Of a stretch of 54,895 nucleotides of DNA, positions 1 to 10,300 are shown in pieces (the stretch's first letter is position 1; each line of letters starts with the position of its first letter). Source of the stretch: an uncultured Akkermansia sp. (GTDB lineage Bacteria > Verrucomicrobiota > Kiritimatiellia > RFP12 > JAAYNR01). Under the pieces are notes generated by a model. That model was not told the origin of the DNA and did not search any database. It worked only from the letters and a program-made list of their open reading frames with translations. The DNA lies in contig CAZOJL010000006.1 of assembly GCA_964580075.1 (NCBI GenBank), positions 1 to 54,895 of the forward strand. Reading direction: 5' to 3'. The position numbers were made by a program, and so were the translations under genes.

Positions 1-81
1 TCGCTCTTCCCCAGCCTCAATCCAGCCCGAAGAATGGGGTGATTTGGAATCGCTGCCGCTCCGCGTTAAACCAGACGGCCT

Positions 82-2436
82 TTACGGCGTGGTGACCCGG
101 AAGAACTTGCGCTTCGCGTCGCGGGGCGAGATCAAGTGGTAGAACCACGCGTTGGAGGTAACGAAACTTGATCCGATGTTGGTCCATCCGCCAGGCACTT
201 CCAGGCTGTCAATGGCCTGGAATTGCCTCGTCACGCCCAGCTCGCCGGGGAAGTACCCCAGTTCAAACGCGGGCAGGAAGGACACCTGATTGGTTCCCGG
301 CCGCGAACCCGCGCTCAGCGGATCGGTGCCGGCCTGGAGCTCGGCGCCATCCCACACGCCGTCGTTATCCGTGTCTTTCAGTTTCGGATTTGTGCCGAGC
401 GCCTTTTCCTGGGCATTCGTGAGACCGTCGCCGTCGTAGTCGCTGCTGCCGCTCTGGCTGGTCAGATTTCCGAACATGGCGATCTCCCAGGCGTCCGGGA
501 GGCCGTCATGATCCACGTCAATGCCGCCCTTCAGGTCGTCGATCGAGGCGCGCAGGATAGCGGCGATATACTTGGGATTATGCACGCCCAGGCTGCCGTC
601 TTCCGTGACGAGCAGCCAGTTGTACCGGGCCTGACGCAAGCTGGCCATCGTCGCAGTGCTAATCGGCGGCTTCGAGCTTGTGGTCAGTCCGGTGCTCGTG
701 GTGATATTTGTGCTGAATATGTTGATGTTTGTGTATACCGAACTCAGCGTATCCAGCATGTCACTGATCTCCTTCTGCACGCCCTCGACCGAACCGTCCT
801 GATCGTAGTCTTCGCCGCCGAAATTGAACGATTCGATCTCGCCGTGGCAAGAGACACAGGCTTCGGTCAGGTGCACGGTGTTCGACGCGTTGGCCCAGCC
901 GATCGTAAAGGTGTGCCCGCCGACATGGTTCTTCGCCTCCGCGGTCATGCCGGCAGGCGTCTCCTGCATGTGGCAGGTGACGCAGGTGTCTTTCACCACA
1001 TCCCAGTGGCGTGACGACGGCATGCTCATACCGTATTCAATGGCATTCTCCCCGAACAATAAGTCGCCCTGTACGCCGTGATGCGGGCCACTGGTACCCA
1101 GCGCCCTGTTATTGGCCTCATTGCGGTCGTGGTGGCATTTCATGCAAAGAAGCCCTGCGCCGCCCCGGGTGACGACAGTGCCATTTTCCAAGGTCACGGA
1201 GGTCGCCTCACGGAGTTGGCTCTCGCCCATGCCCGTCGTGTGGGGGTCGTGACACGCGGCGCAGGTGACCCCTTCGTTGTAGGTGCCGCGTGTTAAATTG
1301 GTGCTCACGCCGTCCGTGAGCCTGATACTGGGATCGTTCGCTTCAACAAAGCCCTTGGTGCTGTGACAGGGCGCGCAGGAACCGCTCCTGAACACATAGC
1401 CGGAAGCATGGAGCGTCTGGCCCCATTCATAGTTCTTGACGTGATGGCTCATTTTGTCGTGGCATTGTCCGCAGTTGCCCGCGCTCAATGAAATACCGAT
1501 CATTGCTGTCTTTCCGCCGCCGGTCATGTGCCGATATCCGGGACCATGGCAACTCTCGCACTGAATCATCCCCTTGGCCTGAAGGGCGGGGGGCATGGCG
1601 TCCCAATTGTTGGTGGCGGCGGGCGTCGCCAGATTCGACGGAAACGCCCACGCGACCTGCAGGGCGACATCGTCAAACCCGCCGTTGGTGGCGCCGGCCG
1701 TGGCATCATACCCCAGCACGTGGCAGGAGACACACGTTGACTTGAATCCGGCCCCGGCTTCGCCGTTGATCTTGCGCTTGAATGCCGTGGCATGCTGTGT
1801 CAGCGCGAAGTCCTCGACCGCCGTCATCTTGGGGTTGTCCGTCGGGAGTTTATAATGGCACATCTCGCACCCGAAGCCTTCTTCACTGTACATGCCCTGG
1901 TACTTCGAGCCGTAGACCATATTCGTGACCGTCAGGGTCTTGTTGGTCAGCATGACCTTAGCGACGACGGTGTAGTCACCCTTGAGCGTGGAGCCCACCA
2001 CGTCCGGCACGAGCACCGCCCGTCCCACGACGTCGAAAGCGTTCCGGTCGCCGACGTCATACGTGGGCACGTTCGCCAACGGGCTGTTCGTGTTGATCAC
2101 AGCGGCCGACCCGGTCGGTCGGCCCGGCAGGGACCAGGTCACCTGCGTGACGACCGTGCCCTTGGTGATCATCAGTTCCAGATAGGCTGGCTGCCCGATG
2201 CCCACATTCGGCGTGCCGGGCGAGGTCTGCGTCGTGCTCGGCAGCACATTGTTGGTGATTTCCTGAGCCGTGAGGGGGCGCAGGTTGATCTTCACCGTCT
2301 GAGCCTGAACACGCCATGCACCCAAAGTAAAGAACAGCGACAAGGCCAGCGCGTGACCCAGAAATAGGACATTACGACTGCGGTTTACACGCTGACGCGC
2401 CAGACCACACGACATACAGGCTGCATGTTTTTCCAT
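82..2436 (-). CDS. Secreted multiheme (nine CxxCH) c-type cytochrome with C-terminal thrombospondin-type-3-like Ca-binding repeats
   Basis: 784-aa ORF with an N-terminal hydrophobic signal-like segment. Nine CxxCH motifs: CEMCH, CVSCH, CESCH, CGQCH, CAPCH, CAACH, CMKCH, CVTCH, CVSCH. DxDxDG-type repeats near the C-terminus: DVDHDGLPD, DYDGDGLTN, DTDNDGVWD. Confidence 0.85.
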   Translation of the reverse strand: MEKHAACMSCGLARQRVNRSRNVLFLGHALALSLFFTLGAWRVQAQTVKINLRPLTAQEITNNVLPSTTQTSPGTPNVGIGQPAYLELMITKGTVVTQVTWSLPGRPTGSAAVINTNSPLANVPTYDVGDRNAFDVVGRAVLVPDVVGSTLKGDYTVVAKVMLTNKTLTVTNMVYGSKYQGMYSEEGFGCEMCHYKLPTDNPKMTAVEDFALTQHATAFKRKINGEAGAGFKSTCVSCHVLGYDATAGATNGGFDDVALQVAWAFPSNLATPAATNNWDAMPPALQAKGMIQCESCHGPGYRHMTGGGKTAMIGISLSAGNCGQCHDKMSHHVKNYEWGQTLHASGYVFRSGSCAPCHSTKGFVEANDPSIRLTDGVSTNLTRGTYNEGVTCAACHDPHTTGMGESQLREATSVTLENGTVVTRGGAGLLCMKCHHDRNEANNRALGTSGPHHGVQGDLLFGENAIEYGMSMPSSRHWDVVKDTCVTCHMQETPAGMTAEAKNHVGGHTFTIGWANASNTVHLTEACVSCHGEIESFNFGGEDYDQDGSVEGVQKEISDMLDTLSSVYTNINIFSTNITTSTGLTTSSKPPISTATMASLRQARYNWLLVTEDGSLGVHNPKYIAAILRASIDDLKGGIDVDHDGLPDAWEIAMFGNLTSQSGSSDYDGDGLTNAQEKALGTNPKLKDTDNDGVWDGAELQAGTDPLSAGSRPGTNQVSFLPAFELGYFPGELGVTRQFQAIDSLEVPGGWTNIGSSFVTSNAWFYHLISPRDAKRKFFRVTTP

Positions 2437-2715
2437 TGTTCGACTCTCCCGCCTTTTCTATGAATGATACTCCGACACGGTTCTCGTGATTAACGTGTGT
2501 CAAGTATCGCACAGACCCGGACCGAGGCCATCAGGATAAATCTATGAATGTCGGGAGATGTCTGAATGTCGCGCCGTTTGCGTGACCGGTGCGCGCGAAC
2601 ACGAGGCGTTCACACACAGCGGGGGCGAACGGAATCCGGCGCGCGACGGGGCGGATGAGCAGGCGCCGCAACGGCGGTATGCGCACCCGGCAGACAAGAT
2701 TTTCAGAATCGCTGA

Positions 2716-2745
2716 TTGATATGGGCGGCGCAATCGTCGTATACT
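2716..2745 (+). promoter_or_regulatory. Candidate sigma-70-type promoter for the hemX-hemA-ahbCD operon
   Basis: TTGATA, 18-nt spacer, TATACT, about 80 nt upstream of the GTG start at 2824. GGAGGA Shine-Dalgarno at 2809-2814. Confidence 0.3.
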
Positions 2746-2823
2746 GGGGTCGGCGTGCTGATCTCGGCACGGTGGAGTGTCGCGACAAAAGTCTGTAGTG
2801 TATTGACTCGGAGGATTTGAGCT

Positions 2824-3669
2824 GTGGACCTTGAACGTGCCACCGCGCTGCTGGGTGTCGCGTGCTATGTGGCCGCATCGCTGCTGGCAGGCGGATTACT
2901 GATTTGGACCCCGTCGCGCGGCGTGCGCGCGGCTCGGGTGCTGCTGGCTGTGGGTGCATCCCTGCTGGCCGCCGTGCTGATAGGCGGCTGGGTGCGCGCC
3001 GCCGCCATTCCCGTTTTCAACCGGTTCGACGCCATGACCTGCTACGCGCTGGCGCTCAGCGGAGCCTATCTGCTGATGGGGGCGTCCTGCCATGCCCGCG
3101 GCATCGCCTGCCTGCTGATCCCCGCGGCCACCGTCATTCTGCTGAGCGGCGTCTCCGCCGGCGGAGGCGGCGCCGGGGAGCCCGCTCCCGTACAGGGAAC
3201 CTGGCTGGTGATGCACGTGGTAACCGCCTTTGCGGCTTACGGCGTGTTCACTGTGGCCAGCATCAGCGCGGCGGCCTATCTGATACAGGACAGCAACCTC
3301 AAACACAAGCGGTTTGGGCTGATCTGGGAGCGACTGCCTTCCTTGGAAGCCCTCGATCAGAACATGAGTCGGCTGGTGGGCGTCGCCTTTTTGCTGCTGA
3401 CCTGTTCCATTGTGATGGGCTTCGTGTTGGTGCGCAAAAGCGGAGGGGGCGATGCCTGGTTTACGGATCCCAAGGTGGCGGCAACCGTGGCCACCTGGAT
3501 CATGCTGGCCGTGTTCGTGCATCTGCGCGCCAGTTCCGACCGGCACGGACGCGGGATTGCCCTGATGGCGGTGGCGGGTCTCGCCTGCCTGCTCTTCTCC
3601 TTCATCGGCGTGCACGCCGTGTCGGCCACGCTGCATGCGTTCCTGAAGATCGGAGCGGGTACGCCATGA
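2824..3669 (+). CDS. HemX/CcsA-like cytochrome c assembly family membrane protein
   Basis: 281-aa polytopic hydrophobic ORF with a GTG start. It lies immediately upstream of hemA with an ATGA overlap, the classic hemX position. Confidence 0.55.
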   Translation: MDLERATALLGVACYVAASLLAGGLLIWTPSRGVRAARVLLAVGASLLAAVLIGGWVRAAAIPVFNRFDAMTCYALALSGAYLLMGASCHARGIACLLIPAATVILLSGVSAGGGGAGEPAPVQGTWLVMHVVTAFAAYGVFTVASISAAAYLIQDSNLKHKRFGLIWERLPSLEALDQNMSRLVGVAFLLLTCSIVMGFVLVRKSGGGDAWFTDPKVAATVATWIMLAVFVHLRASSDRHGRGIALMAVAGLACLLFSFIGVHAVSATLHAFLKIGAGTP

Positions 3670-5027
3670 CGCTCAGCGTGGTCGGTGTTAGTTTTCATAC
3701 CGCGCCTGTCGGACTCAGGGAATGGGTCGCGATCGGCGAGCGCGACGTCCCCGGCAGACTGCACAGCCTGCAGGCTGAATTTCCGGAATCGGAACTGGTG
3801 TTGGTGTCGACCTGCAACCGCACCGAGATTTACGTGGCGGGGAAGGCTGCGGCCGCCGATCCGCACCGCCTCATGCGCCTGTTGCTCCAACGCGACGCGG
3901 CCCAACCCCCGCCTGACTTCGACACGCATGTGTTTGTCCACAGCGGCTTGAAAGCCGCGGAGCACTTGCTGGCGGTCGCCTCGGGTCTGGATGCGATGGT
4001 GGTCGGCGAAACGGAAATCCTGGGACAGGTCAAACGGGCGTTCGCCACGGCGGAGGCGTGCCAAACCACGGGCAGAATGCTGCAGCCGCTGTTCCAGAAC
4101 GCTTTCAAAATCGCCAAACGCGTCCAGTCCGAGACGGACATCGGCCGCGGACGCGTCTCCGTGAGCGCGTTGGCCGTCGAATTCGCCGAGAAGGTTTTTG
4201 ACGAACTCGGCGCCAAGACCGTCATGCTCGTCGGCGCCGGGGAAACAGCCGAACTGGCGCTCAAGAGCCTGATGGACCGGGGGGCGCGCGACGTCCTGGT
4301 GCTCAATCGCTCCCTGGAACGCGGGCAGGCGCTCGCCGAACGCTGCGGGGGCCGGGCGCTTCCCTTCGACCTGCTCGACGATTACCTCCCGCGCGCCGAC
4401 ATCGTGATCAGCTCGACCAGCGCCCCGCATCTCGTGATCCAGGCCGCCGCCGTGCAACGTGCCATCGAGATCCGACGCGGCCGCCCCATGCTCTTGGTCG
4501 ACATCGCCGTTCCCCGCGATATCGACCCGACCGCCAGCCAGATCAAGAATGCCTACGTGTATTCCATCGATGACCTCCAACGCATCGCCAGCGCGAATCT
4601 CGCCAAACGCCAGGGGGCGGTCGATCAGGCATGGCACATTGTTCGGCAGGGCACCGCCGACATCGCGACGCACTTTGACAGCCGGGGCGCGCGGGAGGTG
4701 CTGCGCAAGTTCGATGAACAGGGACGGGACGTCTGCGAACGCGCGTTGCAGCGGGCATTTGCCCGCGAGTGCCTGGCAAACCTGCCCGATCCCAGCCGCG
4801 AGGAAATCCGGGAACTCGCCCGGAAGATTGTCAACAACCTGTTGGCGGAACCGCGGCAGGCGCTCAAGCGCGCCGCCACCGGCAGCGAGTGGGACACCTA
4901 TGTACGGGTGGTCAACGACCTGTTCGGCTTCGACCGGCAGGAGGCCCCCGCGGAGGATGCCGCTCCTGAATCGGAAAAGCCCCCCCCCCGACACCCGACC
5001 CTGAAACAGAAGGAGAACTCACGATGA
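3666..5027 (+). CDS. hemA: Glutamyl-tRNA reductase
   Basis: Internal ATG of the long 2862-5027 ORF. Protein starts MTLSVVGVSFHTAPVGLRE. Contains STCNRTEIY, ETEILGQVK and the NAD-binding VGAGETAELA motif. ATGA overlap with the upstream gene. Confidence 0.9.
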   Translation: MTLSVVGVSFHTAPVGLREWVAIGERDVPGRLHSLQAEFPESELVLVSTCNRTEIYVAGKAAAADPHRLMRLLLQRDAAQPPPDFDTHVFVHSGLKAAEHLLAVASGLDAMVVGETEILGQVKRAFATAEACQTTGRMLQPLFQNAFKIAKRVQSETDIGRGRVSVSALAVEFAEKVFDELGAKTVMLVGAGETAELALKSLMDRGARDVLVLNRSLERGQALAERCGGRALPFDLLDDYLPRADIVISSTSAPHLVIQAAAVQRAIEIRRGRPMLLVDIAVPRDIDPTASQIKNAYVYSIDDLQRIASANLAKRQGAVDQAWHIVRQGTADIATHFDSRGAREVLRKFDEQGRDVCERALQRAFARECLANLPDPSREEIRELARKIVNNLLAEPRQALKRAATGSEWDTYVRVVNDLFGFDRQEAPAEDAAPESEKPPPRHPTLKQKENSR

Positions 5028-6208
5028 TTGGAATATCCAAACTTTACTGCGGCACTGTGGAGGCCTCGGATCCGTTGCGCTATGGACGCCGCTCGAAGGA
5101 TCTGCCCTCGCATTTGCTGCAATTTTCGGCCGACAAGAAACCCGTTGTGGTCTGGAATGTCGGGCGTCGCTGCAATCTCAAATGCGTGCACTGCTATTCT
5201 CACTCCCGAGATCAGGCCTACTCCGACGAACTGTCGCACGAAGAGGGACGGCGCCTGCTGACCGATCTCGCTGACTTTGGCGCCCCGGTGATCCTCTTTT
5301 CAGGGGGAGAGCCGTTGCTCCGGCCGGACATCTTTGAATTGATCCAGCACGCGACACGCGGGAAGATGCGCGCCGTCGTCTCGACAAACGGCACGCTGAT
5401 CACCCCGGATATCGCCGCCCGCCTCAAGGACGCGGGGCTTTCCTATGTGGGCATCAGCCTGGATGGTCTGGAGGCGACCAACGACCGGTTTCGCGGCGTC
5501 AAGGGCGCGTTCCACATGGCGCTGGAAGGTGTGCGGAACTGCCTCAAGGCCGGCGTCAAGGTGGGGCTTCGCTTCACGATGACCCGGGAGAACTACCACG
5601 ATGTGGGGGGCATCCTGGACCTTATCGGACAGGAAGGGATCCCCCGTGCCTGCTTCTATCATCTCGTCTATACCGGACGGGCGACCCGGTTGGTCCATGA
5701 GGCGCGCATGTCTCACGCCGAGACGCGCGCGACCGTGGATCTGATTATGGCCCGCACCCGGGCGTTTCATCAGCAGGGGCGGCCGGTTGAAGTGCTCACC
5801 GTCGACAACCACACAGACGGCCCCTATCTCTACCTGCGGCTCCTGCAGGAAGATCCCCAACGGGCGGCGGAAGTGCTCACGCTCCTCAAGATGAACGGTG
5901 GCAACAGCACCGGCACCGGCATCGGCTGTGTCAGTTGGGACGGTTCCGTTCATCCGGATCAGTTCTGGCGTCATTATTCTTTTGGAAATGTCAAAGAACG
6001 CCCGTTCGGCGCGATCTGGACCGACACGTCCGAACCCCTGCTGGGCAAATTGCGGGAACGCAAGAAATACCTGACGGGCCGCTGCGCGGCCTGTCAATGG
6101 CTGGATCTCTGCAATGGCAACTTCCGGGTGCGGGCCGAAGCGGTCACAGGCGATGTGTGGGCGCCCGAGCCGGATTGTTACCTGACCGACCCGGAGATCG
6201 GAATATGA
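5024..6208 (+). CDS. ahbC: Radical SAM/SPASM enzyme of the alternative heme pathway (NirJ-like, probably Fe-coproporphyrin III synthase AhbC)
   Basis: CNLKCVHC radical SAM cluster motif and a Cys-rich C-terminal SPASM-like region. Long N-terminal ISKLYCG..LRYG extension. Operon context with hemA and ahbD. AAGGAG RBS and ATGA overlap. Confidence 0.65.
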   Translation: MIGISKLYCGTVEASDPLRYGRRSKDLPSHLLQFSADKKPVVVWNVGRRCNLKCVHCYSHSRDQAYSDELSHEEGRRLLTDLADFGAPVILFSGGEPLLRPDIFELIQHATRGKMRAVVSTNGTLITPDIAARLKDAGLSYVGISLDGLEATNDRFRGVKGAFHMALEGVRNCLKAGVKVGLRFTMTRENYHDVGGILDLIGQEGIPRACFYHLVYTGRATRLVHEARMSHAETRATVDLIMARTRAFHQQGRPVEVLTVDNHTDGPYLYLRLLQEDPQRAAEVLTLLKMNGGNSTGTGIGCVSWDGSVHPDQFWRHYSFGNVKERPFGAIWTDTSEPLLGKLRERKKYLTGRCAACQWLDLCNGNFRVRAEAVTGDVWAPEPDCYLTDPEIGI

Positions 6209-7368
6209 AAGACGACCTACGCCTGGTGTTCTGGGAACTGACGGCGCGTTGCAATCTGAAGTGTTGCCACTGTCGCGCCGAAGCTCACGACGCCTTTGTC
6301 GCCGGTGAACTGACAACCGCACAGGTGCTGGACGTGGCGCGCGATATCCGCGCCGTCGGCGATCCCATCCTTGTCCTCACCGGCGGCGAGCCGCTGGTGA
6401 GGCCGGACTTCTTCGAGATCGCCCGCGCCTGCACGGGCCTGTTCAGCCGGGTGGCGCTGGCGACCAACGGCACGCTCATCGACGATGATCTGGCGCGCCG
6501 CATCGTCAGCACCGGCATCCAGCGCGTCAGCGTCAGTCTCGACGGCGCCCGGGCGGCCACCCATGACGCCTTCCGCGGCGTCCCGGGCAGCTTCGACGCC
6601 ACGATCCGCGGTTACGATGCGCTGGCACGGGCCGGCGCTTCGCTCCAGGTCAACGCGACCGTGGCCCGGAACAACATCGCCGAAGTCCCGGCGTTGCTGG
6701 ACTTCCTGCTCGAACGCAAGGTGGACGCCTTCCATGTGTTCGCGCTCGTCCCGGTCGGCTGTGGCGCCCAGATCAGCGATGACGCACGGCTCTCCTCTGA
6801 ACAAATGGAGACTTTTCTTCGCTGGCTGTTTGAGCAATCCATCGCGTTGCGCGACCGCATCCACATCAAGGCGACCTGTGCGCCGCAGTATTACCGGATC
6901 ATGCGGGAAGTGTCGCGCGAGAAGGGGCTCCCGCCGCCCGGCGCGGGTCATGGCGGCCACGGACCGGCGAGCGGCAATGGCATGCAGGCGATGACCCGCG
7001 GCTGCCTGGCCGGCTCCGCCGTATGCTTCATCTCCCGGACCGGCAACGTCCAGCCCTGCGGCTATCTCCCCGTGTGCGTGGGAAACGTCCGCCAGCAGCC
7101 CTTCGGCGAGATCTGGCGCCACGCCGCCGTCTTCGCGGCCCTCCGGGACCCCGGCCAGCTCAAAGGGAAGTGCGGCTCCTGCGGCTACCGCGTGATCTGC
7201 GAAGGGTGCCGCGCCCGGGCCTTCGCCGCCACGTCGGATTTCATGGCCGAAGATCCCGATTGTTCGTACGGCCTGCCCGCAGGGGTCGAGGATGTGAAAC
7301 AGACGGCTGATGAAGCGCGAATGAAAACGGAAACCACTGGTTTTTTCGGAAGAGACCCGATATCATAG
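6205..7368 (+). CDS. ahbD: Radical SAM/SPASM heme synthase (AhbD/NirJ2-like)
   Basis: Starts MKDDLRLVFWELTARCNLKCCHCRAEA. C-terminal CGSCGYRVICEGCRARA SPASM cysteines. ATGA overlap with ahbC. Confidence 0.65.
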   Translation: MKDDLRLVFWELTARCNLKCCHCRAEAHDAFVAGELTTAQVLDVARDIRAVGDPILVLTGGEPLVRPDFFEIARACTGLFSRVALATNGTLIDDDLARRIVSTGIQRVSVSLDGARAATHDAFRGVPGSFDATIRGYDALARAGASLQVNATVARNNIAEVPALLDFLLERKVDAFHVFALVPVGCGAQISDDARLSSEQMETFLRWLFEQSIALRDRIHIKATCAPQYYRIMREVSREKGLPPPGAGHGGHGPASGNGMQAMTRGCLAGSAVCFISRTGNVQPCGYLPVCVGNVRQQPFGEIWRHAAVFAALRDPGQLKGKCGSCGYRVICEGCRARAFAATSDFMAEDPDCSYGLPAGVEDVKQTADEARMKTETTGFFGRDPIS

Positions 7369-7399
7369 CCGCACTTGCCAATGTGGTTAAAAAGCCGAG

Positions 7400-10300
7400 G
7401 TGGACGTGGCGCAGACAGAACGGGAACAGGCGGTTTTGAACATCCTTCAGAACCTTCAGGATCTCGACGGGCTGAAACGCCTGTTCTGGGAGGAATTGAA
7501 CTACGAGCGGGAGAACAAGCCGCTCAGCCCGCGTCAATGGCCGGACAGTGCCAGGCAAGCCCTTGCCGAAGACCCGGTTCTTTTTGCCAGTGGCGGCGAG
7601 GACAAGGCATTCCACGTTGTTTACTGTCGCCTGGCTTCACCCGATTTGAGTCGTGGGCTTGAGCGCCCGGTTGTGAACCAACTGCTTCGCGACCATCCCT
7701 ACGCCTTGTTCGTATTCTCGAATAAGGATCAATCTGCCTGGCACTTCCTGAACGTCAAGTATGACGAGAAAGCCGAGAACAGGCGTCTGTTTCGTAGAAT
7801 CACGGTCAGGCCGGGCGCTGGTTTGCGCACGGCGACGGAGCGCGTTCAACTTCTGGACCTGGCCGGGATCAATCCCAAATTGTTTGGCATCGCGCCGCTG
7901 GCGATCCAACAACGCTGCGACGTGGCTTTCGATGTCGAAGCGGTCACAAAAGATTTCTTCCGCGAAGTCGCCAACTGGTACTTCTGGGCGCTGAAACACG
8001 TCGCGTTTCCGAAGGATGCGCCCAAGGAGGCTGACGGCCACGACCACATCAGCGTGATCCGCCTCATCACGCGCCTCATCTTTTGCTGGTTCGTGAAAGA
8101 AAAAGGACTCATCCCCGACGGCCTTTTCGACGAGCGCACACTCGCCCGGACTCTCACTGGCTTCGAGCCGGCGAAGACCAGCGACAAGGAATCTGTTTTC
8201 TACAGAGCCATCCTGCAAAATCTATTTTTCGCCACACTCAATACCGAAATGGACAAGCGCGGCTGGACGAAGGAAGAACAGAATTTCATGGCGCACAGCC
8301 TCTACCGTCATCGCGACTGTTTCAGCGAACCGAAATCCGCGCTCGATTTGTTCAAGGAGATCCCGTTCCTCAACGGCGGGTTGTTTGAATGTCTCGACAA
8401 AGACCTCGGCCTGCCTGCCGCGCCGCCTGCCTGTGCCGCCACGGCAGACAGGAACGCGGCGCAGGCAGGCGAAAACGCGAAGCCGCGCTACGTCCGCATT
8501 GACGGTTTCTCCCGGCGCGAAGACAGCCAGCCCATCGTCCCGGACTTTCTCTTCTTCGGCGGAGAGCGCGAAGTGGATTTGAGCGCGGATTACAATGACA
8601 AGAAATTCGGACGCGTGCCGGTGCGCGGCCTCATTCACATTTTCACCCGCTACCACTTCACGATCGAGGAAAACACGCCGATCGAGCAGGAAGTCGCGCT
8701 CGACCCGGAATTGTCCGGCAAGGTGTTTGAAAACCTCCTCGCGGCCTATAACCCGGAAACCGGCGCGACCGCCCGCAAACAGACCGGCTCGTTCTACACG
8801 CCGCGCGAAATCGTCAACTACATGGTGGACGAGGCGCTCATCGCCTGTTTGAAGGAAAAACTTGAAGGTGGCACAGGCATTCCTGCCTGTGGTGGAGATG
8901 CACAGACAGGAATGTCTGTGCCACCCTTGCCCAATCGCGGCGTGCGGCCACTCCCGAACCTGGAAACGAAGTTTGTTGCCGCCAACACACTCATTGGCGT
9001 GAACCGACCCGGCCAGCAATTGCTTCGCAACCTCGACATTGACAAGAAGGAAGCCGAACTGCGCGACGTACGCAGACGGCACTTTCTTGCCCGGAATCTC
9101 CGCGACAAACGCAAGTGCCGCGATGATGACGCCAGACTCCGCGCCGAAATCGCCGAACTGCTCAAAGGCGACGGATGGGACACCGCCACCGCCCGCAAAC
9201 TCGCCTCATGGGACCCCTACGACCAGAACGCCTCCGCGGATTTCTTTGATCCCGAATGGATGTTTGGGATCATGGACGGCTTCGCGGTGGTAATTGGCAA
9301 TCCTCCTTATGGGCTGGTTGGCAGTGATCGAGTTGAGGCGCGGGCATACTATACTTCAGGGCGCTTCAAACTGACGGCATACAAGATAAATCTTTATCTG
9401 CTGTTCTTGGAACGCGGCCTCGAATTGCTCAACGGGCAGTCAGGCATTCTGAGCTTCATTATTCCAAAATCACTTGTGTTCAATTCATATTTTGAGGCAA
9501 CACGACGAAAGCTTCTCGACCAATATTGTGTCCCGCTAATCGTAGAGGTAAGAAAAAAGGTGTTTGAAGCAGCGGAAGTGGGCGATAGCGTTCTTTTCTT
9601 CAGTGCCGCACATCGTCCAACTGCCAATTCCAGACTGGAGTATAGAGTAGTCGAAGACGTGAGTCCCGGCAGCCAAGTCATTTCGATGCAAGCCAATCTA
9701 CAGACGGAATTGGCTGCGTCGATCGGAGCGCGATTTCGTTTATCGAGCGTCAAAATTCCAAAGACGCGGAATACCCTCGGCGATCTCTGGGAAGTGAGCA
9801 ACGGACTAAACCCGGGCAACGTAAGGCATCTCCTGCTTTCCGCCACCAGACTCACTCCGAAACACAGAAAGATGCTTCTCGGACGGGATATCCAAAGATA
9901 CGCGCTCAAGTGGTCGGGAACGTGGGTTAATTTTGATCCTTCATTGAAAGAAACGATCAAGCCGAGCGAAACACGGTCAAAAAAAGGAATGACTGCTCAA
10001 CAGCACGTGGACTTCGCTCTCCGTTCACCCGAGATATACAAACCGCATAAGGTGATGGTCAGAAAGACAGCCGACCGAATTGTTGCATGCTTTGATCTCG
10101 ATGGACTGTGCTTTGATTCGCTGTCGTATGGAATCCACCCGAAATCCAATGGGTTCAATCCGAAGTTTCTTCTAGGTTTATTGAATTCGACAGTGCTTGG
10201 ACACATTCATGCAGAACTCTCGCAGAACCAGGAAAAGGTATTTGCGAAGGTTTTGGCCGAGAACCTCCGTAAGCTTCCCATGCCCAATCTCAACCACAAC

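Noticed and set aside
3357-4994. Long antisense ORFs opposite clearly assigned genes (for example 3357-4994, 5300-6322, 10455-11615, 15847-17013, 20833-22077, 23903-25012, 28987-30804, 44696-45886, 51308-52462, 52652-53575)
   Set aside because: Their translations are low-complexity and R/A/G/P-rich with no motifs, while the opposite strand carries unmistakable catalytic motifs. They are shadow ORFs expected in GC-rich sequence.
2862-5027. 721-aa ORF covering the hemX-like gene out of frame and then hemA
   Set aside because: The N-terminal 268 codons are an Arg/Ala/Gly-rich alternative frame of the membrane-protein gene, typical of high-GC DNA. The recognisable HemA sequence begins at the internal ATG 3666, which has an ATGA overlap with the upstream gene.
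7369-7399. Integrase, tRNA or att-like direct repeats at the island borders (7369-7399 and 26801-26851)
   Set aside because: No recombinase gene, no tRNA-like sequence and no convincing shared repeat were seen between the two junctions. The island therefore cannot be called an integrative element from this window.
8867-8890. The REP arms begin with TGGCAC, resembling a sigma-54 -24 element
   Set aside because: The -12 position reads TTCC or TCTC rather than TTGC, and the copies are intragenic palindromes. I treat the resemblance as coincidental.
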